From assembly GCA_963751345.1 (NCBI GenBank), contig CAVVUS010000021.1, positions 65,693-129,692 of the forward strand: a stretch of 64,000 nucleotides of DNA, read 5' to 3'. Below the pieces are notes generated by a model, which was not told the DNA's origin, did not search any database, and was given only the letters and a program-made list of their open reading frames with translations. Shown here piece by piece: positions 1 to 9,583 of the stretch. Every line of letters starts with the position of its first letter. Positions within the stretch are counted from its first letter, which is position 1. A program made the translations under genes and the position numbers. The stretch is from an uncultured Chloroflexia bacterium. GTDB taxonomy: Bacteria > Chloroflexota > Anaerolineae > B4-G1 > SLSP01.

Positions 1-986
1 CCTTCGAAAGATCCGCGAGCGCGTGGGCAGCCTCGCCCTGCAGCTCGGCCAGGACACGGAAGTCATCCCTGAGAGCTCTCCCGAAAGCCTGAGCTCTCCC
101 AGGCCTCGTGGAAAGGCTGCCATCCACAGTACGCCGACGTGATATCCGCCATCGCACGATAGCGATCGATGGCGGCCTGCCAGGGCAGATCCCACGCGAT
201 GACCGTGCTGGCATCCTCCAGGAAGCGCACAGCGCTGCGCTGGGTGCCCAGCATGCGCATCAGCGTGCGGTGGGCACAGCTATCGCCGTGGGATTGGCAC
301 GAGGGACAGAAGACCGACTCGTCCATCTTCTCGGCAGCCTCCGCGTAAAGCGCCGGGCCATAGCGAAGGTTCTCCTCCGGTCCGTGGCCTGCCGCGACCC
401 TGGCACCGAACTGAAGCGTAGCGCTAACACTTCTCTCCAGATCGAGCGATGGCGAGATGGGATTGAGCACATAGGCGAGTTGCGCCTTCGCGGGTCCCCA
501 GATCTGCTGGACGAGGTCCTCAAAGCCGGGCACCGTCGCAAAGGGAAGCTGGTCCAGATCACGGTCCCAACCGACAAGCACGCTCCACGCAGGCCAGGTG
601 CGCATGATCACCGCGTCGCCGCGGTCCAGGGCAGCCCGCAGTCGCGCGAAGTGGTGCTCGTGCGGTTCGGGCAGCATGCCCGTCTGCTCGTAAGTCTGAC
701 GGGCAGCATCGTCCCACGTCGCCTCACGCGTGACCCGCTCCACAGTGAAACCCAGCGCGCGGCCCAGGAAACACATGCGCGCCTCCGAACCCGCCTCCAT
801 CCACCACGCGGTGCACTCCTCATCGGGGTCAAGCACAGGGGAGAAGGCGATCCCCGCCAGACCGGCGACCCAATCATAGCCCACCGGGTGATCCCAGACA
901 TCCAGCACGGCGACCAGACACGCGGTTAGTGAATCGATCTGGTTAGGGTCGCCGCGAACACAAACACGCTCTCGAGCGACAGTCAT
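1..986 (-). CDS. Hypothetical protein with Cys cluster (CPSC...C), possibly papain/BtrH-like; probably runs off the window after a frameshift near 70
   Basis: ORF 63..1022; ATG at 986 with AGGAGG RBS. An alternative frame continues RDDFRVLAELQGEAAHALADLSK to the window edge. Confidence 0.6.
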
Positions 987-1252
987 CTTTCCTCCTCTTG
1001 TTCCGCAACGTCTCCGACCCACCGGCGACTACCTATTCCACAGCGCAGATGATGGGGCATCCGCATCTGTATAGCCGAAATTGTAGGCGCCAGCCGGAAA
1101 AGTGCAAAAAGCGAGCTCAAACCGATCCGGACTCCGCGCCGCCATCGTGTCGCAACCCGGTAGCTAACCCAACACGCATCCGCACCGGGCACTGGCAGCG
1201 ACGCTAGTAGTACACTGTGACTAGAAAGGTAAGAGACGACAAGGAGGGAACA

Positions 1253-1516
1253 ATGGCACCTATTCTGATCTGGATCATCGTGGGGATCATCGCCGGGTGG
1301 CTTGCCGGCTTGGTCGTGAAAGGGCGCGGCTTTGGTATCGTCGGCGACTTGATCGTCGGCATCCTGGGCGGCATCCTGGGCGGCATCATCTTCCGGGGGT
1401 TGGGTCTCGGGGTCTCGGGCATCTTGGGCGAGATCATCGTGGCCTTTGTCGGCGCGGTCGTGCTGGTCGCCATCGTCAGGAGCGCTACGGCGGGTGTAGA
1501 GGCTCGTCATAGCTGA
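1253..1516 (+). CDS. GlsB/YeaQ/YmgE family (transglycosylase-associated) membrane protein
   Basis: WIIVGIIAGWLAGLVVKGRGFGIVGDLIVGILGG family pattern; AAGGAGG RBS before ATG 1253. Confidence 0.9.
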   Translation: MAPILIWIIVGIIAGWLAGLVVKGRGFGIVGDLIVGILGGILGGIIFRGLGLGVSGILGEIIVAFVGAVVLVAIVRSATAGVEARHS

Positions 1517-1520
1517 GTCT

Positions 1521-1946
1521 TCAGCCCTGAGTAGCGCGTCCCTTTTCCATGCGGAGGCAACCGACCCGGAACCCATACGCCTCATAGAAGGCGATAGCGC
1601 CTTCGTTGTGTGCTAGCACGTCGAGGCGAACCGGTTTGTCGGTCCAGACGTTGGCAAAGAGCCAGTCCAACAGGTCGGTGGCGATGCCGCGCCGGCGATA
1701 GCCACGTTCGACGTAGAGATGGCGCATGTAGTAGGCTTCGCCATCGTCGCGGTAGAGCGCGTAGGCGACGATTTCGCCCTCCTGCCGGGCCAGATAGGCC
1801 GTGTACCCGCCGTCCAGAAACCCCGCCATCCGCTCTGCCAACTGTGAAACTGTCATTGGGTTGGGGTGGCGCTCATCCTCAATCAGCCGCCTGTTCATCG
1901 CGGCAAGGGCCGGTAGGTCCGCTGCGGTCGCCGGCTCGATCTGCAT
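1521..1946 (-). CDS. GNAT family N-acetyltransferase
   Basis: LYVERGYRRRGIA acetyl-CoA motif A and NEGAIAFYEAYGF motif B. Confidence 0.85.
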   Translation of the reverse strand: MQIEPATAADLPALAAMNRRLIEDERHPNPMTVSQLAERMAGFLDGGYTAYLARQEGEIVAYALYRDDGEAYYMRHLYVERGYRRRGIATDLLDWLFANVWTDKPVRLDVLAHNEGAIAFYEAYGFRVGCLRMEKGRATQG

Positions 1947-1957
1947 CGGCTCGCCCT

Positions 1958-2326
1958 CTACCGGCTCCAGAACCACATCGCGTCGAAGCCATTGGCCTCA
2001 AGCCAGGCCTCGTCCGGCCCCGACCAGCCGAAACGCTTGAGGTCGATCCTATCCTTCGCATCGAACTCAACCCCCTCGGCCTCCAGGAGCCGGCGCTGGT
2101 CGCTGCCTGGGAGGCTGATCTTGCCCTGGCTGTTGACCACGCGCTGCCACGGCACCTTCATCGGCTCGCGCACCGCTGCCAGAGCGTACCCCACCTGCCG
2201 CGCGCTGACGGTGCCCACGATCTTGGAGACTTGCCCATACGTGGTCACCTTCCCTGCCGGCACCTGCCGGATCACCATGTAGATCCGCTCGTTGACAGAC
2301 TGTCCCTGCGGCCCTTCCGGCGTCAT
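1958..2326 (-). CDS. Alkyltransferase-like (ATL/YbaZ, MGMT family) DNA-binding protein
   Basis: VPAGKVTTYGQVS...ARQVGYAL...VPWQRVVNSQG; Trp replaces the catalytic Cys of the PCHRV motif. Confidence 0.85.
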   Translation of the reverse strand: MTPEGPQGQSVNERIYMVIRQVPAGKVTTYGQVSKIVGTVSARQVGYALAAVREPMKVPWQRVVNSQGKISLPGSDQRRLLEAEGVEFDAKDRIDLKRFGWSGPDEAWLEANGFDAMWFWSR

Positions 2327-2348
2327 CTTCCTGCCTCCGTTCGTCGCG

Positions 2349-2810
2349 CTAGTGCACGCCCATATTCCGTATCATCGCCGTGTGATAGGTGTCGTGGGTC
2401 GCCATCCACGCGATCACCTCGCCATACGTGCATCCCCACGCCATCTTGTCGCCGAGCCGCTGTTCATCAAAGGCCTCCAGCGCAGCAATGTAGGCCGCGT
2501 GGACCTTATCCATTTCCGCGAGCGTCCGACCCCACGCCGCCTCGCTCGTGTCTTCGGGCAGCGGCGGGAAGTCACTGCCATCGAAGCTCAACGCACCCAC
2601 TTCGCCGCCCAGAGCGGCCGCAAGCTGATGCTTCCAGTAGATCAGGTGAAGCACGACTCCCCAGACCGTATACCCCTCGAACGTATTGGTCGAGGTGACC
2701 TGGTCGAGCGAGTATTCCGCGAGCGTCTTGACAAGATTTGGGCTGTTGAACGAGCCACCGTTATACTCCGACTCGGTGAGCCACAGGATCAAAGGCAAGT
2801 CGATGGACAT
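2349..2810 (-). CDS. DinB family protein
   Basis: TVWGVVLHLIYW and HDTYHTAMI His triad; about 150 aa. Confidence 0.8.
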   Translation of the reverse strand: MSIDLPLILWLTESEYNGGSFNSPNLVKTLAEYSLDQVTSTNTFEGYTVWGVVLHLIYWKHQLAAALGGEVGALSFDGSDFPPLPEDTSEAAWGRTLAEMDKVHAAYIAALEAFDEQRLGDKMAWGCTYGEVIAWMATHDTYHTAMIRNMGVH

Positions 2811-2918
2811 AGATAGCCTCCTAAGTTTCAGAGTGGCGACAGGCGATCGGGAATTCTGCCGGCAACGAGTCCCCCCTAAGGAGTAACCATATCGTCGCTG
2901 AGATCGACGGGTTAGTCC

Positions 2919-3704
2919 TCAAGGTAACGACTGCCCGGCACCTGTCACACCCTCCACGATTCGCGCCATATTCCCTCCCAGGATCGCCCGCTTCTCCGTC
3001 TCGGAGATCTTGGCATGGGTGACGCGGCCGATCTGGTGAGCGTTGTCGTTGAAGGGCACGTCGCTGCCGAAGAGAAGCCGGTCGGCGCCCACCGCCTCCA
3101 CCCATTGTTCGAGGTCGCCATAGTAGACGCGCGACAAACATATGTCGAGATAGATGTTGCGCCGCCCCTCCATCACCACGGCATAGGCCTCGGCGGTCTC
3201 GGGGTCGTAGGTCGCCGCGGTGTGCGCCTCGATAAAGGTCACGTCGGGATAGCCCGCCGCGATCCGCTCCAGGATGCTCGGGCTGCCAAAGGTGTGGCTG
3301 AGCACGATGCCGCGGCGCACCTGCATTGCAGCATAGACACGGTGGTAGGCGGGGGCATCGGGCGAGGTCTCGTGCCACGTCGGGTGCAGCTTGACGGCGA
3401 AGAGCCCAGACTCGTCCAGGCAGCGGGCCATCTCGCGCTCAATGTCGTCGGGATAGGTCGGGTTGATCGTGGCGTAGCCCCAGAAGCGCCCCGGGAAGCG
3501 GCGCACGGCGTCCGCAACAGCGTCGTTGCCGCGATGGTAGTCGCCTCCCAGCGCCTGGAACGACGAGATGCATGTGGTGTCGATGCCGATGCTGTCCATC
3601 GAGGCCAGGATCCCCTCGGCGCTGCCGTAGGCAGCATGGACCGTGGGGCAGCGCCCCAGGTGCCCGTGGGCGTCGATGACGCGCGCGGGAGCACGATGCG
3701 GCAT
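2919..3704 (-). CDS. Amidohydrolase_2 family metallohydrolase
   Basis: IDAHGHLG, VKLHP, LLFGSDVPF motifs; start codon uncertain (3704-3737). Confidence 0.85.
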   Translation of the reverse strand: MPHRAPARVIDAHGHLGRCPTVHAAYGSAEGILASMDSIGIDTTCISSFQALGGDYHRGNDAVADAVRRFPGRFWGYATINPTYPDDIEREMARCLDESGLFAVKLHPTWHETSPDAPAYHRVYAAMQVRRGIVLSHTFGSPSILERIAAGYPDVTFIEAHTAATYDPETAEAYAVVMEGRRNIYLDICLSRVYYGDLEQWVEAVGADRLLFGSDVPFNDNAHQIGRVTHAKISETEKRAILGGNMARIVEGVTGAGQSLP

Positions 3705-3718
3705 ATCTGCGCCGGGGC

Positions 3719-4181
3719 TCACACGATGCCGTGCCAATCGCCCCCTTCGAGATCGCCCAGAAAGATCTTCCTATCCTCAGGATCGGCGATAGCCTCTCCG
3801 GCATGCGCCAAGGCGAGCGTCGCGCCTCGTCGTCATCGCCAGCCAGGGCGCGCGCTCGCGCGATCCCTTCATAGGCATAGGCAACGTCGAAGTCCGTCAT
3901 CTGGTCGCGATAGGCCTCGGTCAAGGCGAGGCAACGCTCAGCGTACTCAAGCGCCGGTCGCGCGTTGCCCAATACGGTGAAGACGTGAGCGATCATCCAC
4001 TCACCGCGCTGATGGTTGACCTCGGCACCGGCTTGGAGCCAGTGATAGAGTGATGCGAAGGCTGCGAGGACCATCTTCTCATCGTCGTCCTCCGAACGGC
4101 CTCCTTGCCCAAGAGCCCCCAAACCTCCCCATTGGTTCGTTTGGCGAACTCAAGCTGGGCCTCCTCAAGGGTGTATTTCAT
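3719..4181 (-). CDS. Conserved helical hypothetical protein (two frameshifts)
   Basis: Joined frames read MKYTLEEAQLEFAKRTNGEVWGLL / RSEDDDEKMVLAAFASLYHW...AYAYEGIARARA / AGEAIADPEDRKIFLGDLEGGDWHGIV*. Confidence 0.65.
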
Positions 4182-4213
4182 CGTATCACTCTTCCCGCCC
4201 CCTCTTGCCCTCA

Positions 4214-5150
4214 TCAACCGGCACCATAGTCCTTGCGATAGATCCACACGTCCCGAACGACACGGAACCCAACGGATTCGTAGAGCCCCAGGGCCGGACC
4301 GCGGTAGTTCTCTGTCTGCACGTAGGTGCCCGTGGCACCCCTACCGCGCAGACGCCGCAATCCCTCTGAGACCAGGGCGCGCCCCACCCCTCTGCGGCGG
4401 TGCCCCTCACACACACCCATCGGCTCAATCTGGCCCCGGAGCCGACCGGCATCGTCGACAGCTATCCAACATACGCAGAAGCCCACCAGACTATCATCCG
4501 GTGCGACCGCCACGAGGTCCAGCTCGGACCGATACTCCGGGCGCCGCAGCGTCCGGAGGCGCCAGTCGACAGTCATACTGCAGCTTTCGAACACTGCGCG
4601 ATGCATAGCCACGTAGGCTGCTACCTCGGCTGGCCCCGCAAGAGAGCGTATTGCATAGCCTGCCGGCAGAGAGTTCGCCGGAATCGGTGCCCGGATATCG
4701 TGCCATAGCAAGCACGTCGGTCCAGGGATCCACCGGCACACTTGCTTGACAGGCGAAGCCGGCGCTCTCCAGATCGGGGATGCGGGCCTCCTGGCCACTC
4801 AGCACGTTCACAAACCACGCGGGATGCCCGCTCGGCGTCCCTACGACCTCGCGGGCTCGCCGGTCACCCCAGGCCAGGATACGTCGGTGAAGATCCCGAT
4901 CCACATCCGGTACATAAGCGTAATCCAAGGTCCAGAAAGGCGTCTGCAGCACGGCCCAGGCCACAACGTTACCCTCGCCATCGGTCCATAACCCGACGTT
5001 GTTCGGATCGTCGAGCGCCGGCGAACACACGCGGTAGGGCAGATCCACGAGGTGAAGGTTATCGCCCGGGTAGGCACGGACAAGTGCAGCCATCTTCTCG
5101 ATGTCCGGATCCCCCGAGAAGGGGCGCCGCAGAACCGCAGTCTTGCGCAT
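4214..5150 (-). CDS. Two-domain GNAT acetyltransferase (frameshift near 4700)
   Basis: N-terminal half in ORF 4494..5150; C-terminal GQIEPMGVCEGHRRRGVGRAL and ALGLYESVGF in ORF 4214..4798. Confidence 0.75.
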
Positions 5151-6130
5151 CAGTCTGTCGTTCGACCGCCGTGCGTCACGCTCAGTCTCACAAACTCCTC
5201 GGACATTGCCACAATCGCATCCTGGCGATGGCCCGCGCCGGCAGGATCAGAATACCATTGGGCGATGAAACCGCCATCGGGCCTCCCGAGCGTACGCACG
5301 AGCCTCCGGCAATAAGCGCGGATCTCGTCGAGGGTACCACGCACCATCGTCTGTTGGATATCCACAGGACACCAGAAGGTGATCCTGCCGCCGAAGCGCT
5401 CCCCAAGCGCCTCCACCCCCATATTCTCCTGCTGATCCATCTGGATCACATCAAGGCCGATCTCGATCAGGTCGTCGAGGATCTGCGTGATGTCGCCGCA
5501 GCTATGGAGCATCGTCAGCAGTCCGGCATCGTGGGCAGCCCGGTACACCCGTGCATAGCGCGGCTTCCAGAGCTGGCGCCAGGAGTTCGGCGAAATCATC
5601 AGCCCATGCTGGAGGCCCCAGTCATCCGCGAAAAGATAGCCATCAACGCCGGCCTCGGCATAGCGTTCGATGGCATAGAGGTTCATGTCGACGAGCAGAT
5701 CGATCAGGCGGCCAAGCTCGTCGGGTGCGAGGTAGATGTCCATCCAGACGTTTTCGAGCCCGCGGATGAAGTGGGTACGCTCGTAGAGTGAGATCCCGCC
5801 GCCAATCAGGAACTTGCTGCCGGCCCGGTCGCGAGCGCCATCCAGGTCTTGCCAGCGGCGTGGCTCGCGGATGTCCGGAATGGACAATGTGTCCCAGTCT
5901 GCCCAGTCCTTCAGTGGGACTTCCTTCACCTCGCCGAGGTTGGAGATGCCGATGTTCTCCCAGACCGAGCCCCATTCGTCCACGCCGGTCCTGGGTCGGG
6001 CGTCTGGAGAAGGCGTCATCCCGGTCCACGCCAGATCGGTGCCGAAGGGCTCCGGCAGGTTGTAGGGAATGCGATCCGCACCCTCAAAGCGGATCGTACG
6101 TGTCACGACCTCTCTTGGCGTCATAGACAT
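5150..6130 (-). CDS. Uroporphyrinogen decarboxylase (UroD/MtaA-CmuA) family protein
   Basis: MTPREVVTRTIRF, DEWGSVW, ADDWGLQ, MLHSCGDI and TFWCPVDIQQ motifs. Confidence 0.85.
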   Translation of the reverse strand: MSMTPREVVTRTIRFEGADRIPYNLPEPFGTDLAWTGMTPSPDARPRTGVDEWGSVWENIGISNLGEVKEVPLKDWADWDTLSIPDIREPRRWQDLDGARDRAGSKFLIGGGISLYERTHFIRGLENVWMDIYLAPDELGRLIDLLVDMNLYAIERYAEAGVDGYLFADDWGLQHGLMISPNSWRQLWKPRYARVYRAAHDAGLLTMLHSCGDITQILDDLIEIGLDVIQMDQQENMGVEALGERFGGRITFWCPVDIQQTMVRGTLDEIRAYCRRLVRTLGRPDGGFIAQWYSDPAGAGHRQDAIVAMSEEFVRLSVTHGGRTTD

Positions 6131-6212
6131 GGGTCGTCTCCTGATTCTACTGTGATCTAGGCGGATCCGACTTGTAGTCGGCTAAGCTGATACCTGGCGT
6201 TCATAGGGCGGG

Positions 6213-6252
6213 GCGCCCAGTTTGCTGGGCGCGCGCCCAGTTTGCTGGGCGC
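6213..6252. repeat. Two tandem copies of a 20-bp perfect hairpin (GCGCCCAG-TTTG-CTGGGCGC), REP-like
   Basis: Units at 6213-6232 and 6233-6252, in an intergenic region rich in palindromes. Confidence 0.85.
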
Positions 6253-6459
6253 GTCTGCTGCCGCTTCGGCTTCAGTCGTTCCGGTGCCTCAGGAAGCGGC
6301 GGCAGAACCGATGAATCGGTTAGGGCGAACCAGCTTGACTGACCACCAGCAACGGGCACTGGGCCTTGGGTGATGGGAAGCTTTGTCGTTAGGGCTTCCC
6401 AGGTTCGATGAGTGCTGTCTCGTCATGGCAGCTCGCGGTCTTCGCCCGACGGGCCCGTG

Positions 6460-7491
6460 CTATCGACGCAGAGCGACCGTTACCTCGCTGCGATTGTGAA
6501 ACAATTGGCGTACCCCGGCAATCTCGTAGCTATCACGCAGCAGCGCCAGAGCAGCATCCATAGTCGGCTTGGTGCCTCGTTTGGGCAGCTTCAGCGTCAT
6601 CAGCGCCCAGCCTCGCGGGTGCAGGCTCTCGGCAGCCATGGCCATCAACCGCGCCGAGTCGCGGGCGTCCATCCGCATATCGTTCAAGATGATGTCGAAC
6701 GCGCCATCGACCTGCGGCAGGTAGTCCTGTGCCAGCAGTCTGACGTGCCGGACACCGGGGTCGGCGCGCAATACAGGAGCCAGATCGGCCGGATCGACGG
6801 CGGTCACCTCGATGTCGAGCTGTCGCAGGACCCTGGTCCATCCACCGGGCGCCGCACCGAGATCGAGCGCCGTCCGCGCCTCTGAGGGGTCGAGCTGAAA
6901 GACCTCCATGGCCTCCAGCAGCTTGAACTCCGCCCGACTGATCTGCTCGGGCTCACGCCGGAAGCGTCGAGCGCCCCCTGCCCAGTCGCTCAGGTTGTCC
7001 TCGGCGCGCGAAAGGCCCAGGAAGCCCCGATCCGACGTAAGGACGACGGACATCACCTCCACCGGCTCGCGCACATCCAAGCGCGCGCCGCTTCGCGCAA
7101 GTACCGTTGCCAGCCGGGTGTTGACGTCATACGGTCCGTAGGGCCACCCACCGCCCAGGGTCCGGGTCTGTACCGAGAAGGGCTCCGGGCCGCCCAGGTC
7201 ATCCACAAATTCATCGGCAACTGCCGCCAGAAGCTCCAGGTCGTCGTCGTTCTGCATCAGTGGCACCGTTACCTGGACAGGACAGATGTGCCGGCAGAAA
7301 ATGGGTGGCTGTGCCCGAAGCCGCCCTGCCAATGCCGCCCAACTGTCGCCCAGTGCGACCCACCCTACGTCGGATGCCAGCCAGCGCCGTAGCTGCGAGC
7401 CGGGAGCGGCATTAAGGATCTCCGCAAGAGCCAGATCGCGAGAGGCAGGATCCGCAGTCAGGAGCAACTCGTCCCTTCGCACGTTAGCCAT
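6460..7491 (-). CDS. RlmM-like (THUMP + FtsJ) SAM-dependent RNA 2'-O-methyltransferase
   Basis: ISRAEFKLLEA, ALDLGAAPGGWT, ILNDM, TLKL and HNRSEVT give the K-D-K-E tetrad. Confidence 0.8.
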   Translation of the reverse strand: MANVRRDELLLTADPASRDLALAEILNAAPGSQLRRWLASDVGWVALGDSWAALAGRLRAQPPIFCRHICPVQVTVPLMQNDDDLELLAAVADEFVDDLGGPEPFSVQTRTLGGGWPYGPYDVNTRLATVLARSGARLDVREPVEVMSVVLTSDRGFLGLSRAEDNLSDWAGGARRFRREPEQISRAEFKLLEAMEVFQLDPSEARTALDLGAAPGGWTRVLRQLDIEVTAVDPADLAPVLRADPGVRHVRLLAQDYLPQVDGAFDIILNDMRMDARDSARLMAMAAESLHPRGWALMTLKLPKRGTKPTMDAALALLRDSYEIAGVRQLFHNRSEVTVALRR

Positions 7492-8293
7492 CGTTCGACC
7501 GCCCCGCACCGGCGAGCAGCCGGCTGAGATTCCCACCTGCCACCAGCGCACGCGCATCCTCGTCGATCAGGCTGTAGGCCAGGGCCGTGATCGGGGGACC
7601 CGGCGCGCGGTGGGGCAGCCCGGTGCCGAAGAGGACACGCTCGGGCCCAAATGTCTCGCAGACCAGCTCGATGCCGCGGTGGACCGTGTAGTACGACGTC
7701 TCGAAGTGCAGGTTAGCATGCTGGCGCAGCAGCGCGAAGAGCCGGCGGTCGCTGCCGATGTTGGGCCTCACCAGGACGATGGGCAGCTCCGGAAATGCCT
7801 CACATACCTCGTGGATGCCACCGAAGTCGATCGTCCGCTCACTCCAGCCTTCGTGTCCGAAGTCGACCCAGAGCGGGACGCGGTACGCAGCCAATCGCTC
7901 GATCAGCGGCGCCAGATTCCACAACCTGAAAGCGAAGCGGAAGTCCACCGGAAAGACGCGGGCCGCCCGCACGCCCGAGGCCAGCATCTCGCCGACTGCC
8001 GCATCAGGAGCCGGGAACTCGCCGGTATCGTGGGGAAGCAGCACCCAGCAGGGCTCGAACTCGGGATGGCCGGAGATCTCCTCCAGAAGCTCCCGGTTGC
8101 CCACGACAGGATCGTACCCCGCTGCGTCGGCATGGTAGACAAGCGCGCGACCGATGCCATTGTCGTGCAGCACCGCTGAGAGCTCCTCTGCGGTGCTGGG
8201 CGCACCCGCCCGGTGAGCGCGCGTCCGCCCCAGGCAGCACTCTGCATCGAACCACTCAGTCCCGAAGGGCTGGGTCTCCACGTTCCTCCGCAT
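7484..8293 (-). CDS. Amidohydrolase_2 family protein with degenerate metal ligands
   Basis: FDAECCLG, LHFETSY, VLFGTGLP and AGGNLSRLL motifs. Confidence 0.75.
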   Translation of the reverse strand: MRRNVETQPFGTEWFDAECCLGRTRAHRAGAPSTAEELSAVLHDNGIGRALVYHADAAGYDPVVGNRELLEEISGHPEFEPCWVLLPHDTGEFPAPDAAVGEMLASGVRAARVFPVDFRFAFRLWNLAPLIERLAAYRVPLWVDFGHEGWSERTIDFGGIHEVCEAFPELPIVLVRPNIGSDRRLFALLRQHANLHFETSYYTVHRGIELVCETFGPERVLFGTGLPHRAPGPPITALAYSLIDEDARALVAGGNLSRLLAGAGRSNDG

Positions 8294-9560
8294 CCTTCAG
8301 CTCCTCGACATTGACCCCCGACATCACCTTATGGAACGCATCGATGATCTGATCCAGCAGCGGGAACTGCGGCTCGGTGAGGACCGGCAGCGCGACCAAC
8401 TGCGGGTGGAAGGCCTCACTCACGGGCAGGTCTCCCGGGGCATAGGGCGCAGACGCATACTCGGAACTCACCAAGGGCGCCAGGTAACCATCGTAGGCCC
8501 GCTGGCGGTTCCGGTAGTAGGGCGTCATGTGCAGCAGCGGATAGCGCTCGACGTCGCAGGGCACGCCCTCTGCCTGTAACGCCTTGAGCAGTACACCGCG
8601 CGGTATATCGACGAGCTTGGCACTGTCGTAGAGGATCCGTGTGCCGTAGTATCCACCCCGCGTGCCCGCCTCCGGTGTCTCGGTGACGCTGATTGCGGGC
8701 AGGTCCTGAAGGCCGGCCATCAGGTAGTCATAGTTGTCGCGACGCCCGGCGTTGAAATCATCCAGACGCTTGAACTGCTCCAGCGCAATCGCCGCCCCCA
8801 GCGGATGGGGACGGTATTTGAAGCCCAGGCCCGTCGTCAGCTCGCGCAGGGCCTCGTCGTGAACATCGGACTGAATCCGGCCATGGCTGCCCAGCACGAG
8901 CGCGCGATCGTAGACATCGGCCCGATTTGTGATCAACATCCCGCCCTCGCCCGCCACCAGGACCTTGCTGCCCTGCAAGCTGAACGCGCCGACGTCACCG
9001 ATGGTACCCACGTGCCGCCCGTGCCACGTCGCCCCGTGGGCGTGGGAGCAGTCCTCAACCACCGCCAGACCGTGCGCGTGAGCCAACGCCATCACGGCGT
9101 CCATGTCGGCAACGTTGCCCCACATGTGAACCACGGCGATAGCCTTGGTCCGGGGCGTGATCCGCCGGGCGGCGTCCTCGACATCCAGGTTGAGCGTCCG
9201 TGGGTCGCTCTCGCAGAAGATCGGAACGGCGTTCGCCATGACGACGGCGCCCGCGGTTGCGTGCCACGTGTAGGCTGGGACCAACACCTCATCGCCCGGG
9301 CCCACCCCCACGCCATAGTAAGCAGCGTGTAGCGCTGCCGTTCCGCTGTTGTGCATCAAAGCGAACTCGGCGCGCGTATAAGCGGCAAAGACTGCCTCCA
9401 GCTCGCCGATCGGGCCCGAGCCATCCCCGATGGAGAGCCGGCCCGCGCGCATCAGGGCCACGACGGCGTCGATCTCCGCCTGGCCAATCCTGGGCCAGGC
9501 ATCATCCACCGGCAGCGTCACGGCCTTTGGGCCGCCAAACAGAGCAAGTCTATCGGTCAT
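8256..9560 (-). CDS. DegT/DnrJ/EryC1/StrS PLP-dependent aminotransferase
   Basis: NSGTAAL, VHMWG, VEDCSHAHGA and FSLQGSKVLVAGEGG (PLP Lys). Confidence 0.9.
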   Translation of the reverse strand: MTDRLALFGGPKAVTLPVDDAWPRIGQAEIDAVVALMRAGRLSIGDGSGPIGELEAVFAAYTRAEFALMHNSGTAALHAAYYGVGVGPGDEVLVPAYTWHATAGAVVMANAVPIFCESDPRTLNLDVEDAARRITPRTKAIAVVHMWGNVADMDAVMALAHAHGLAVVEDCSHAHGATWHGRHVGTIGDVGAFSLQGSKVLVAGEGGMLITNRADVYDRALVLGSHGRIQSDVHDEALRELTTGLGFKYRPHPLGAAIALEQFKRLDDFNAGRRDNYDYLMAGLQDLPAISVTETPEAGTRGGYYGTRILYDSAKLVDIPRGVLLKALQAEGVPCDVERYPLLHMTPYYRNRQRAYDGYLAPLVSSEYASAPYAPGDLPVSEAFHPQLVALPVLTEPQFPLLDQIIDAFHKVMSGVNVEELKDAEERGDPALRD

Positions 9561-9583
9561 GGATTCTCCATTCCCAGATCCTG

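Noticed and set aside
6289-6426. 45-codon minus-strand ORF in the palindrome-rich gap
   Set aside because: No clear RBS, and the sequence is dominated by hairpin repeats.
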